Positions 48,231 through 58,578 of a DNA stretch of 64,000 bases are shown one piece after another (within the stretch, counting starts at the first letter, position 1; each line of letters starts with the position of its first letter). This DNA is from Promethearchaeota archaeon (GTDB lineage: Archaea > Asgardarchaeota > Lokiarchaeia > Sigyniarchaeales > SOKP01): the NCBI GenBank assembly GCA_048940445.1, contig JBHLON010000009.1, positions 1 to 64,000 of the forward strand, written 5' to 3'. The notes beneath the pieces are model-generated. The model was not told the DNA's origin. It saw nothing but the letters and a program-made list of their open reading frames with translations, and searched no databases. Position numbers and translations under genes: made by a program.

Positions 48231-50309
48231 TTAAATACTTGTTAAGTCAACCGTGGCATATAAAGCTGGATGATCCGATGCATATCCCCCAGTATAATGG
48301 ATGTATGTCATTGATCCATTTAATTGCGAAGAGACAAATATATGGTCAATTCTTTCATCTGGAATTATACGATCCCCAGGAAGATTAGGATCAACGACTG
48401 CATTTGCTGGATTGGAATTAAGTACTAATTCCCAAGCATCATATAGTTGGGCAACTGTAATGTTATATTGTTTGGTATTAGGTTCAAAGTTAAAATCTCC
48501 CATTAGAATTACATTCTCTTGGTTCTCTGTTACATTTAAAATATTCTCTTGCTGGATAATTTGAGTTCTATCACCTTCGGTAGCGTTTTCAAAATTGCCA
48601 AGGTGAGTTACAAAAATATTAAATCTAATCCCGTTTACGACAATCTGGGCCCAAATAGAAGCAGTTTGTTCCCCCACACTTTTCATATAAAATGTCTGAG
48701 CATTCATGATAGGATATTTAGATAATAACGCTATTCCATAAGTACCAGTTACAGTTTTAGGACCATAATACGAATAATATCCCAATGTCTCGCTAATGTA
48801 TCGTACGAAATCGTTATTTCCATTAACAATTCGGGCCGTATCTGATTCCTCTAAAGCTATTACATCTGGATTCAAACTCTCAATTACAGCATGTTGTCCA
48901 TCAAAATTCATATTTCCTGGTTCATCAGCACCTTGCTGGATATTATAAGTCAAAATTGAAAGAGTAGTACTAGAACTGGGTGATCTTATATTTGGTGAAT
49001 CAAGAATTACGCAACTTATTATAGTTCCTATAGTAAGTATTAAAATTGCACTAACAACTTTATATATCTTTATTATTTGATTTCTAGATCTCCTAGAAAA
49101 AAACATAGATTCTTTTTTAACTAATAAAAGAGGCCACATTATGAATACTCCAATCACTAAAAATATAAGCCATATCATATCTCTAAATAATGGTCCTATT
49201 AAAGGAATGTAATCATACGTTGTAGTGAAGACAGTTGCAAATATTATAACAATAGAAAAAAGGGCTGATGCAAAAAAGCCTGCCCCCATCTTTCGACTAG
49301 ATGGTTTGCTTCTAAATAATTCCCTCAATAGAATTACAAAGTCAATAAATATGATCGGGGAGAGGACGAGCATTATATACAGAATAATTTGATTTAAAAT
49401 TGTTGCATCGGGAACAAAATATGGATACGATGAGATAAATGCAAATGCAACTTGATTTAACCCAATAGTAAGCACTAGCATTACCACGAATAATATATTC
49501 CAAAGTAGAATACCTTTGGAAGGTATCTTATTGATTAAATCTGGTTTTACAGAAACTATGACTATAAAACTCGCTATAATTACTATGATAATCATGACGA
49601 TTGCTATATAATCTCCTTCAGTCCATCTTGCAATAACCGTAGGACTACTGAATGCAAAATAACATAAAATGAGAATGCTAAATAATCCCACGCAAAGACC
49701 CAAAATTTTCCACTTGCCTCCAATCTTTCTGAAACCGCCTAATTCTTCTTTATTTGCTTCAACCTTTACTGGATTTAATAAATTTATCATCATTATTGCA
49801 GCAATAGCCGCTAGAATCCATCCAATCCACATAAACCAAAAAGTTAGTGATAAGTCAACCGAAGAACCAAGCGTTCTAAATAAAATTGACAATGCTAATC
49901 CAAAACCTAAACTAATGCCTAGAGATAATCCACTTTTTTCATTATTTACCGAAGCTTTTTTTTGAAGGTAAACTGGAAAGAAGATCATAAAGCATCCCAT
50001 ACCAATTCCAGTAAATATAATTTGAAGTCTTGCTCCAAAAAATGGTTGTAAAATTCTACATAATATCATAACTTCTCCGAATAGTATCATCATCTTTTTA
50101 GAAAGACCTTTTTTAAAGAATAACAAAACAACTGGAGTTATTAAAAATAAAATTGCGAGTGCGCTTTCATTTAGCCCTGAAACGATAAGGTTTAAAAGAT
50201 AAATAGAAGCTACAAGTTGAGTTATCTGTTCGAAAAAGAAGTAGAATAATATGCCAAAAAGGATAATTTCAGAATAATACTTAACTAAATGTTTGTTATA
50301 GATTTCCAT
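48231..50309 (-). CDS. Multi-TM protein with C-terminal endonuclease/exonuclease/phosphatase domain (Cwh43/PGAP2IP-like)
   Basis: About 12-13 TM, then TYNIQQG, ALEESD, GIALLSKYPI, THL, MGDFN, RIDHIF, SDH. Confidence 0.85.
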   Translation of the reverse strand: MEIYNKHLVKYYSEIILFGILFYFFFEQITQLVASIYLLNLIVSGLNESALAILFLITPVVLLFFKKGLSKKMMILFGEVMILCRILQPFFGARLQIIFTGIGMGCFMIFFPVYLQKKASVNNEKSGLSLGISLGFGLALSILFRTLGSSVDLSLTFWFMWIGWILAAIAAIMMINLLNPVKVEANKEELGGFRKIGGKWKILGLCVGLFSILILCYFAFSSPTVIARWTEGDYIAIVMIIIVIIASFIVIVSVKPDLINKIPSKGILLWNILFVVMLVLTIGLNQVAFAFISSYPYFVPDATILNQIILYIMLVLSPIIFIDFVILLRELFRSKPSSRKMGAGFFASALFSIVIIFATVFTTTYDYIPLIGPLFRDMIWLIFLVIGVFIMWPLLLVKKESMFFSRRSRNQIIKIYKVVSAILILTIGTIISCVILDSPNIRSPSSSTTLSILTYNIQQGADEPGNMNFDGQHAVIESLNPDVIALEESDTARIVNGNNDFVRYISETLGYYSYYGPKTVTGTYGIALLSKYPIMNAQTFYMKSVGEQTASIWAQIVVNGIRFNIFVTHLGNFENATEGDRTQIIQQENILNVTENQENVILMGDFNFEPNTKQYNITVAQLYDAWELVLNSNPANAVVDPNLPGDRIIPDERIDHIFVSSQLNGSMTYIHYTGGYASDHPALYATVDLTSI

Positions 50310-50461
50310 AATAGTATAATTTACTTACATCACATTTAAACCTTTAATGCTAATCTAATTAAGAAAATTATGAGATTTGATTCCCTCTACATTTAAAAAG
50401 TTAGTTTTTAGAAAATATATTTATGTAAAAAAATTCTTTATTCCATAGTATTATAATAATT

Positions 50462-50659
50462 ATGGTGAAATTTTTGCCAGAATACCTAGCTGAGATTAAA
50501 TTCCATATTTTTCCTTATCGAAAATTGAAAATTAGCGCTAAGAATGAGGTTGAAGCGAAAAAGATCGCAATCACTCATGCGGAAGACATAGTAAAAAATC
50601 TGAAATTCACAATTAAAAAATTGAAGCAAAGACAAGTTTTAATAGAAGACTTTTTATGA
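50462..50659 (+). CDS. Small hypothetical protein
   Basis: ATG start, protein-like composition (ISAKNEVEAKKIA). Confidence 0.5.
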   Translation: MVKFLPEYLAEIKFHIFPYRKLKISAKNEVEAKKIAITHAEDIVKNLKFTIKKLKQRQVLIEDFL

Positions 50660-50818
50660 AAAACCTTAGACAATTTCTTTGACAAGGTCTATTTTTTCAT
50701 TAAATTAAAAAAAAAGGAATATAGAAGATAAGAATTAAAAATTGGACTACAGAGAGCTTATATTCTTCCTTTCTCAATATTTTTTATAGAAAATAAATAA
50801 AATAAGATTATTTGTATC

Positions 50819-51400
50819 ATGAAACTTTTTACAAAAGGAAATGCAGGTATAGTATTGTTCGTTGGTTGTATTCAGTGGTTAATGATGATGATTATATTAG
50901 AAAGTTTTCAACCGGGCTATAACAGTGCTCTACATTACGTAAGTTCTCTAGGAGTTGGTACTACTTCTATTTTATATAATATTTCAATTATATTGTTTGG
51001 TATTAGTGTGATATTCACTTCGATTATTCTTTATAAATCTATTAGGTTTAGGTTATTCAATATAATCTTACTAATTACTGGGTTATTTATAGTAGGAGTC
51101 GGATTTTTTCCAGAGAATATTCGCCCTATTCATGGTTATGTCACAGCTTTTGCATTTATCTTTGCAGTTATTAGTGCATTAATTTCTTATAAAGTGTTAG
51201 ATGCTCCTTTTTCTTATATGTCAATAATCTTTGGAGTGATATCACTAATAACATTAACACTCTTCTTTCCTTATTTAGGTCTACCAGCAGATTCAACTCT
51301 ATTATTCTTAGGATTAGCAAAGGGAACTATGGAACGAATTGTAATTTATATTCTCATGTTTTGGATCCTAAGTTTCAGTTTGTATCTTACTAAAAAATAG
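50819..51400 (+). CDS. DUF998 family membrane protein
   Basis: PGYN....VSSLG, GVGFFPE, H, GTMER. Confidence 0.8.
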   Translation: MKLFTKGNAGIVLFVGCIQWLMMMIILESFQPGYNSALHYVSSLGVGTTSILYNISIILFGISVIFTSIILYKSIRFRLFNIILLITGLFIVGVGFFPENIRPIHGYVTAFAFIFAVISALISYKVLDAPFSYMSIIFGVISLITLTLFFPYLGLPADSTLLFLGLAKGTMERIVIYILMFWILSFSLYLTKK

Positions 51401-51514
51401 TTAATAGTAAATATCAAAAAATTATTCATCTCTTCTTTTTTTAAAGTAATAAGTTAGAAATACGATAATTAATTTCTACAATCAATTTAAACTCAGGTAT
51501 CTGAGATCTTCAAA

Positions 51515-52138
51515 ATGGATTTATTTGAAAAAATTAATGAGTTTAAAATCATTCCGGTTGCGGTTATACAAAATTTAAATGATGCTATCCCCTTAGGGAA
51601 AGCTTTAATTGAGGTTAATCTTCCTATTATAGAAGTCACATTTAGAACTGAAATCGCAGCTGAAGCTATTAAGAAACTCACAATAACATATCCCAATCTT
51701 CTTGTCGGAGCGGGCACTATTTTGAAAGTTGAACAAGTAAAACAAGCAATCAATGCTGGTGCTTTGTTTATTGTAACTCCTGGCTTCAACCCAAAAGTTG
51801 TTGATTATTGCATAGAAAATAAGATCTCTATAATTCCAGGTGTAAATACACCAACAATGGTAGAATGGGCTCTTGATAGAGGTGTTGTAGTTGTAAAATT
51901 CTTCCCCGCTGATCTTTCAGGAGGTCCTAAAATGCTTAAAAGTTTAGCAGGACCATATCCTGAGATGAAATTTGTACCAACTGGGGGAATTAATAATAAT
52001 AACATAAAGGATTATTTGCAGTTACCAAATGTTATAGCATGCGGAGGAAGCTGGATAGTGAAACAAGATTTAATTTCTGAAGGAAAATTCGATGAAATCA
52101 TGAAATTAACTCAGAAAACACTTTCTTTAATAAAATAA
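51515..52138 (+). CDS. eda: KDPG/KHG aldolase
   Basis: IEVTFRT, VGAGT, VTPG, PGVNTPT, KFFPA, PTGGI. Confidence 0.93.
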   Translation: MDLFEKINEFKIIPVAVIQNLNDAIPLGKALIEVNLPIIEVTFRTEIAAEAIKKLTITYPNLLVGAGTILKVEQVKQAINAGALFIVTPGFNPKVVDYCIENKISIIPGVNTPTMVEWALDRGVVVVKFFPADLSGGPKMLKSLAGPYPEMKFVPTGGINNNNIKDYLQLPNVIACGGSWIVKQDLISEGKFDEIMKLTQKTLSLIK

Positions 52139-52224
52139 AGTGTACATATTTAAAGTTGAATTGAAATTAATAACGGTCTAATAATCATAAAATTATACCA
52201 TTAAGAGGAAATATAATAAAGAGC

Positions 52225-53283
52225 TTGTTTAATAACAAAATGGACCTTTTAAATTACGTCGGTTTAAGCGAGGAGAAAAAAAGGAAACTTAGGATTCAAA
52301 GTTATTTAGATTCTCTCTTAAGCGATGACGAAAAAACTAATAATAAATATAAAATGGTCTCAATCTCTCCACTAAGATACGCAGGTGGAAAATCTAGAGC
52401 AGTTGGGTATATCTTAGAACATCTTCCTGAAAACATAGATAATAAAATTGTGTCCCCTTTCTTTGGAGGAGGTTCATTTGAATTTGCTTTAAGTGCTAAT
52501 CTAGATTTTGAAATAATTGGATATGATATTTTTGAAATTTTAGTAAATTATTGGTATTTTCAAATTAATAAACCTCAAGAATTATATGAGGAATTGAGAC
52601 TGCTTATTCCCGATAAAAAGAATTATACACGAAATAGACATATTCTATTGCATTATTGGGATAAAGTGAAACCAGAAACCCTTGATTACATTACGAGAAG
52701 AAAAGTTCAGCTTACAGAAGAAGAAAAGACTATGCTTGATCATAATGACTTAAAAAGAGCAGCTTATTATTATTACAATCACCAATTATCTTATGGCCCC
52801 ATGTTTCTAGGCTGGGGATCATCTGTTTATTTAAACCAAAATAGATATGACATTATTCTTGAGAAAGTGAAGAATTTTAAAGCGGGGAATGTCACCGTAA
52901 AATGCGATTCATTTGAAAATGTTTTTAAAAAATATAAAACTGATTTTATATATGCGGATCCTCCTTATTACTTAGAAGGGGATTCAAAAATGTTTAAAGG
53001 TATTTATCCTAATAGCAACTTTGCGATTCATCATAAAAATTTTGATCATAAGTTATTAAGAGAGCTATTAAGAACACATAAAGGGGGGTTCATTATTACT
53101 TATAATGATTGCAGTGATATTAGAGAGATGTATAAAGACTATGAACAATATTTTCCGGCATGGCAATATTCATATGGTCAAGGAGAAACAAGAATTGGGA
53201 AAAATAGGCTAGCCAAGAAGAAAGTTAATAATATTAAGAAATCCCACGAAATTATTATCGTCTGTCCTCCCAATGATTCTTAA
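52225..53283 (+). CDS. Dam/D12-class N6-adenine DNA methyltransferase
   Basis: SPLRYAGGKS, SPFFGGGS, YADPPY, ITYND; ATG at 52240 is the likely start. Confidence 0.92.
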   Translation: MFNNKMDLLNYVGLSEEKKRKLRIQSYLDSLLSDDEKTNNKYKMVSISPLRYAGGKSRAVGYILEHLPENIDNKIVSPFFGGGSFEFALSANLDFEIIGYDIFEILVNYWYFQINKPQELYEELRLLIPDKKNYTRNRHILLHYWDKVKPETLDYITRRKVQLTEEEKTMLDHNDLKRAAYYYYNHQLSYGPMFLGWGSSVYLNQNRYDIILEKVKNFKAGNVTVKCDSFENVFKKYKTDFIYADPPYYLEGDSKMFKGIYPNSNFAIHHKNFDHKLLRELLRTHKGGFIITYNDCSDIREMYKDYEQYFPAWQYSYGQGETRIGKNRLAKKKVNNIKKSHEIIIVCPPNDS

Positions 53284-53309
53284 ATAGAGTAGATATTTAA
53301 AATATAAAA

Positions 53310-54098
53310 CTAGATGAATAGTAAGAAGGCACTGTACAAAATTCTTGATAATAGCTTTTTCCATAAACTAACTCTTATTCTAATATAATATCTTCTTTTT
53401 GAATCAGTCCAACCATGTTTCTTCCAATATTCATAATCGATACTATTAGATAATTCTGGGTTGCTTCGATATTTTTGTTGAATCTTAAATGAGGTAAGTC
53501 CTATTATAGATGGATTAAGATAAGACTTATTTTTTACTGCTGAATATAACTTTCTTGCCAGCTGTGAAATTTCTTTACTATAATTGTGCCTTAAAATTTC
53601 TAATGAATCATTTGAACTACTCGTCTTAAAACCTTTTGTTCCAATAATCTTGAATCCCCAACTATATGTGGCGGCACCAATTGTACGAATTGTTCTTTTC
53701 AAACTTGTCTTATTAGTAGTAACAATAATCATAGCGCATTTATCATAAAATTCTTGACGGTGACAAGTATAGGCTAATCTATCAATTAATGCCTTCATCA
53801 TGGAGTTCACATCACCTACATACACAGGACTTGCAAGGACTACTGCATCCGCTTCCTTTATCTTACTTTTAATTTTGGGGATGTCATCCTGTAGAGGACA
53901 TTTTTCCTCTCCATAATCCATGCATGCTCGACAACCTCTACAATGTTCTATATTATAATCAGCCAAGAAGATGGTTTCAAAATGTATGAAATCATGATTA
54001 TGTTCAACAATTTGATTAACATCCTTTTCCAATAAAGATACTATTTGAGATGTATGCCCTTTTTTCCTACCACTGCTTATAATACTTAAAATTTTCAT
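53310..54098 (-). CDS. Iron-sulfur flavoprotein / NADPH-dependent FMN reductase family
   Basis: SGRKKGHT, CRGCRAC...C, ASPVY, KALIDR. Confidence 0.88.
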   Translation of the reverse strand: MKILSIISSGRKKGHTSQIVSLLEKDVNQIVEHNHDFIHFETIFLADYNIEHCRGCRACMDYGEEKCPLQDDIPKIKSKIKEADAVVLASPVYVGDVNSMMKALIDRLAYTCHRQEFYDKCAMIIVTTNKTSLKRTIRTIGAATYSWGFKIIGTKGFKTSSSNDSLEILRHNYSKEISQLARKLYSAVKNKSYLNPSIIGLTSFKIQQKYRSNPELSNSIDYEYWKKHGWTDSKRRYYIRIRVSLWKKLLSRILYSAFLLFI

Positions 54099-54335
54099 TA
54101 TTTCCACCTAATAATTGTAGATAACGATCTTTATTATTTCACATGAATCAATTTCATTTAAAGTGATGTTTAGGTAGTCTTGGATTTAAGATCCAAAATT
54201 AATGAGAAAAATGATCTATTTATCCACCAAAAGATAAAAATTTGATTACTTCTGGGAACTTATTTATCAACTAAATGGTATAATAAAACTTCATTGCGTT
54301 ATTTAGTGAATTTCTAAATAAAAAGATAAAAAAAT

Positions 54336-54506
54336 TTATTTTTTTATAGCTTTCTTGACGGCATTAAGGGTTTCGGTTGGGATAGGATCCATGTTATGAG
54401 CCCATTTAGCATGATTCCCAATATGTTTCATTAATTCATTTTCTGTCCCTGCTTCCACTTTAAAGCCGCAGTCAATACCAACGTCAGCACACGCAAATTT
54501 TGGCAC
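54336..54506 (-). CDS. DUF1059 small metal-binding protein
   Basis: FACADVGIDCGF..A.TENELM....HAKWAH; GTG at 54506 after a GAGGT SD. Confidence 0.85.
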   Translation of the reverse strand: MPKFACADVGIDCGFKVEAGTENELMKHIGNHAKWAHNMDPIPTETLNAVKKAIKK

Positions 54507-55028
54507 TTCTAAATACCTCAATTATTATTATTTTTTATAATAATCTGGTAAAACAGCATATTTATGGATTATATTTATATAACATAACACTATTTAGATT
54601 TTCATTAATATAGATAAAGTGTTAGAATTCTTACAATAATTATTTAGAAAAAACAGCTAGACAAACTTATCCATAAATATCAAGCAAATTAATATTTTAA
54701 AATAGATGAAGATTTAGTCCCACCATCATTGCTTTAGGTACAGAAAATTAACACCAAATTTTTCCAAAAGATGATTAGAATTAAATTTTTTGCGTTAATC
54801 CTTGCTTTGATTACATAATTCATTTTGGGAGCACTTTTATATTAAAAAATTCTATTTGGACAGCAGTTAATTAAGCTCAAAATAAAAAATCTGAATTGAA
54901 TTTATAGACGCCCAATCAATCTCGGATGATATTTGAAATAGACATGAGAGTCTACCTATGTCTGATTACTAAGCCTTTTAATGAACTAAATGGTTCCAAT
55001 CAACATATTATTCCCAGATTTTTATTGT

Positions 55029-55562
55029 TCACACCTTCCAGAGGAGACTAGAATAATCATTTTCTATATTAAGCTGATCTAAAAGCACTGACACTCCACC
55101 TCGGTGATGGGTTTCATGATTGAAAAGATGCGACAAAATATGCCATATGATATATTCAAATTTCCCTCGGCGCCCTTCAACTACAATTTTAGTGGAATAC
55201 TCAGAAGCGGGGAGAGATTTAACCGTGCGTTCTATCATATCATCAATTTCTGAGCGAACACCTTTATACTCATCTAGAGTTTTCCAATAAAGCTTATCTG
55301 GGGGAAGACGTTCAGTAGGAAAGCGCTCTAAGAGAGACGGTATAAAATCCAGGCTCGAGATATGAGTTCCCAAAACTCGAAGCCATCCTATATCAGCATG
55401 TAATTGGTGGTTCAGGAGCCCCATAATAGACAAATAATAGGATCCAAGATCTTCAGTCAATTTATTTGATTCAACTCCTTCTAAAACTTTAATCATATCA
55501 ATATTTGTGAGTTTATTATATTTAGAGAATAATTCAAAAACAGTTTTTATATCATCTACCAT
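55029..55562 (-). CDS. DinB family protein
   Basis: SIMGLLNH...D..W and HLFNHETHHRG. Confidence 0.88.
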   Translation of the reverse strand: MVDDIKTVFELFSKYNKLTNIDMIKVLEGVESNKLTEDLGSYYLSIMGLLNHQLHADIGWLRVLGTHISSLDFIPSLLERFPTERLPPDKLYWKTLDEYKGVRSEIDDMIERTVKSLPASEYSTKIVVEGRRGKFEYIIWHILSHLFNHETHHRGGVSVLLDQLNIENDYSSLLWKV

Positions 55563-55645
55563 TTATGTTTACCTCCTTTTCATAATAATTAATTATTTTT
55601 AACAAAGATCATTTAATTTTCTTAAATATTAATAATATTCTCTTA

Positions 55646-56218
55646 ATGTTTATAATGTCTAAATCAAACAACATTGAAATAAAGAATGAAGAATTGCCAC
55701 GTCCTGGATCGGTTTTATATAACTTCCATTATCAGGATGAGGCATCTATAATAAAAACTTTAAAGCGATGGAAAAAATTAAATAAGTATTTGATGGTTCC
55801 ATTATATCGAATAAGATTTTTGCAATTATTTGGGTTTGGAAGAATATTTCTCATTTTAAAGACCAAAGGATGGAAAACGGGTAAAGTAAGAAGAACTCCA
55901 TTAGAATATAGAAAGTTTGAAGGTATTATTACTATCTTTGCTGCAAGGGGCGAAAATGCAAATTGGGTTAAAAACTTAAGAGCAAGTCCAGATGATATAT
56001 CAGTTATTTGTGGATTCCGTCATTTCAAACCACGTATAGAGTTTATCTCCGAAGATAACCGTAAGAAGCTAATCATGAAATGGTACGTGACGAAGTATAG
56101 TAAAGCAGCAAATGTATTATTTGGATGGAATCCTAAAACAGATGATCCTGAATCCATTGATTTCTCTAAATTAACGAATTTAATTTCAATACTCTTACTT
56201 CATAAATCTGGAAAATAG
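55646..56218 (+). CDS. Deazaflavin (F420)-dependent nitroreductase family (DDN-like)
   Basis: LKTKGWKTGKVRRTPL and ANWVKNLRASP. Confidence 0.82.
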   Translation: MFIMSKSNNIEIKNEELPRPGSVLYNFHYQDEASIIKTLKRWKKLNKYLMVPLYRIRFLQLFGFGRIFLILKTKGWKTGKVRRTPLEYRKFEGIITIFAARGENANWVKNLRASPDDISVICGFRHFKPRIEFISEDNRKKLIMKWYVTKYSKAANVLFGWNPKTDDPESIDFSKLTNLISILLLHKSGK

Positions 56219-56271
56219 GTTATCTTGGTTTCATATATGTTCTTATTCCATTTTACGGATATCTTCTAATT

Positions 56272-57159
56272 TTAATCACTAATCTTTCCTGCAATAAATT
56301 TAAAAAATAAACCCCAATTTTTTATGTGAACAAACAATGCAGGAGTGACTTTTCTATATTCTTTATAGGAATTCCCAAATCTATTAATTAATTCTTTTTC
56401 CTCTACAAAATAAATGTGAATATTCATTCCTAAGTATAATATCAGAAAGAATGAAATTGAATAAATGTTTAATTGAATAATCATTACACCTAAGCAAATC
56501 AATATGACCGCACTATATGCTGGATGTCGTAATATTGAATAAATTTTATGATTTTGTAATTCACTTTCTTCTGGGAAATAGAGATAGGTAACAGTCATAT
56601 AGTCAATTCCAAAAGTCTCTAAGGCTCGATACATTTGTATAATACCTACTATGCACAAAAAACTTCCTAAAAAAAAGCGGATATATCCAAAGAAAAGAGA
56701 GATTGGAGAAAGATATGATGTTAAAGGAGTTATGAATATCGAGAAAGGAAATTGAGACCAGAAATTAGGATTCCATTCATAAAACGGTATCAAAGTATTT
56801 ACTACAATGCTAAAAATAATGACAACTCCTCCCAATCCTATCAGAAATATCTTTTGATATGATAATCGACCATACTTAACCTTTAAACGATCTCGCCGAT
56901 GCCACATTTGATATATTAATAATATTGCAAGAGATCCCATCAAAATCACTCCTAATGCTGGAAAACTAATGAGGAAATATTTGAATTCTCCGTTAATAGG
57001 AATTAAAGATGGTAATAAGTCAAAATAAATTTGAAATAATAAACTAAGACTAAAAACCAAAAAACAATAGATAGGTAAAATTATTATTTTTTTGCCAGAA
57101 AATTTTGGTATCCTTTCTCGAAATTTTTTTATTCCTTTCAACTTCAAATTCTTCACCAT
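56272..57159 (-). CDS. ICMT/PEMT family membrane methyltransferase
   Basis: IYSILRHPAY, EEKELINRFGNSYKEYRKVTP. Confidence 0.85.
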   Translation of the reverse strand: MVKNLKLKGIKKFRERIPKFSGKKIIILPIYCFLVFSLSLLFQIYFDLLPSLIPINGEFKYFLISFPALGVILMGSLAILLIYQMWHRRDRLKVKYGRLSYQKIFLIGLGGVVIIFSIVVNTLIPFYEWNPNFWSQFPFSIFITPLTSYLSPISLFFGYIRFFLGSFLCIVGIIQMYRALETFGIDYMTVTYLYFPEESELQNHKIYSILRHPAYSAVILICLGVMIIQLNIYSISFFLILYLGMNIHIYFVEEKELINRFGNSYKEYRKVTPALFVHIKNWGLFFKFIAGKISD

Positions 57160-57258
57160 AAGGTTTTAAGTGTTTTAATCATTCGTAGTTCAAGGAAAAA
57201 TATTTAATATCCCAAAAATCAATTACTTATCTTAAAAATAAATATATCCATTATAAAA

Positions 57259-57717
57259 TTAAATAATTGATTTATCCCCAAAATATCCAATAAAAAGTAA
57301 AACTAAGATAATACTGCAGAAGAATAGCTCAAAAAATCCAAACGGAATAAAAATTATATCCATTATCATTGTAAGAATTATACTTATTATCCCAATATAA
57401 AACCCCCACATTAAATTTTTAAATATACCTATTGTGGATACAATTCGCATAAAAGTAAAACTTAGGAAGAAAGGTAAAAAGAAAAAAGGTTGATTTAATA
57501 GAACTTCCTGGATTTCAGGGATAATTAACCCCAAACTAATATAAAGATTTGGAGCAAGCTTTAAAATTATTAAGGATAAAAAAATACAATCGCTTATTTC
57601 AATTATGGAATAGATCAAAAAAGAAATTCCTACAATAAGCATGTACCTATTTCTCATTATATTTTTATTAATGAATTGCTTTGTTTTTAGATCTTTTTCA
57701 ATATCCGTTGCTTTCAT
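57259..57717 (-). CDS. Four-TM membrane protein
   Basis: Hydrophobic; co-oriented between two ICMT-family genes. Confidence 0.65.
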   Translation of the reverse strand: MKATDIEKDLKTKQFINKNIMRNRYMLIVGISFLIYSIIEISDCIFLSLIILKLAPNLYISLGLIIPEIQEVLLNQPFFFLPFFLSFTFMRIVSTIGIFKNLMWGFYIGIISIILTMIMDIIFIPFGFFELFFCSIILVLLFIGYFGDKSII

Positions 57718-57746
57718 ATATGATCAAACTCACTTGATTATCAAAT

Positions 57747-58358
57747 TTATTTTCTCAGTTTAGGAAACAATGCTCCAGTACTTTTTTGGTATTCTCGATA
57801 CTTATCACCGAAACGTTCAATGAGATCTTTTTCCTCATAATGAATCATGATTGGAATATAAATGATTATGAATAATGATGAAATTACTACTAAAAACCAT
57901 GAATTGAATGCAAAACTAAGTGCGGGAAAAAGAGGAAATTCTCCTAATGATTGGGGATGTCGAATATATCTATAGATCCCTCCATACATTTCAGTTTCCT
58001 TCGATGGACTAAGAGTTTCAGATCCAGCAGCCTTAATACCTAAGAACAATAAAATGCAACATGGTATAGCTATACAAATTCCTATAGTAATTCCAATCCA
58101 AATGTTAGGACTTATTACCCATGTATCTACAATAGGTAAGGGAAACCAGATCCAGACAAACAAATTAACTATTGAGATTAATTCAAGCAATCCTCCAATA
58201 CTTCGAAACTTTTTACAATCTTTCCATGCCTTTTCACCAAATTTTTTCGATCTTTTAATCGGTTGGATACTTAAGATATATAAATAACTCATAACAACAC
58301 AAGAGACTATAAAGGAACTAAAATTTATTATAGAGACAATCATATTTACACTACTCAT
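57747..58358 (-). CDS. ICMT/PEMT family membrane methyltransferase
   Basis: GGIYRYIRHPQ, EEKDLIERFGDKYREYQKSTG. Confidence 0.87.
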   Translation of the reverse strand: MSSVNMIVSIINFSSFIVSCVVMSYLYILSIQPIKRSKKFGEKAWKDCKKFRSIGGLLELISIVNLFVWIWFPLPIVDTWVISPNIWIGITIGICIAIPCCILLFLGIKAAGSETLSPSKETEMYGGIYRYIRHPQSLGEFPLFPALSFAFNSWFLVVISSLFIIIYIPIMIHYEEKDLIERFGDKYREYQKSTGALFPKLRK

Positions 58359-58462
58359 CTAAAGATTTACAATTCATACTTATTACTTGTTATCACCAAA
58401 AAGAATTCTTTGATATATAAATATGCATAATAGAGAATCTATATCATGAAAGTATTTTCGAA

Positions 58463-58484
58463 TAATACGAAAAATTTCGTATTA
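58463..58484. promoter_or_regulatory. Perfect 10-bp inverted repeat TAATACGAAA-AA-TTTCGTATTA, putative operator
   Basis: Exact dyad lying between the divergent ICMT cluster and a wHTH regulator gene. Confidence 0.65.
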
Positions 58485-58578
58485 ACTCAAAATTTTCAAC
58501 CATTTACTCAGATTGCTCTCTTAGAAAAAGAAATGGATTTAACGAAGATTTTTCTTGATATCTATATTAATCCTAATA

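Noticed and set aside
54938-54966. AGACAT...ATGTCT hairpin containing ATGA/TGA, a possible SECIS element
   Set aside because: Too short for SECIS helix II, and no adjacent gene has a credible in-frame UGA.
11029-58358. A complete protein-prenylation pathway (UbiA + ICMTs + Rabs + CC peptide)
   Set aside because: The genes are scattered; UbiA enzymes are unrelated to protein prenyltransferases; the Rabs lack C-terminal Cys; CC termini are not typical ICMT substrates.
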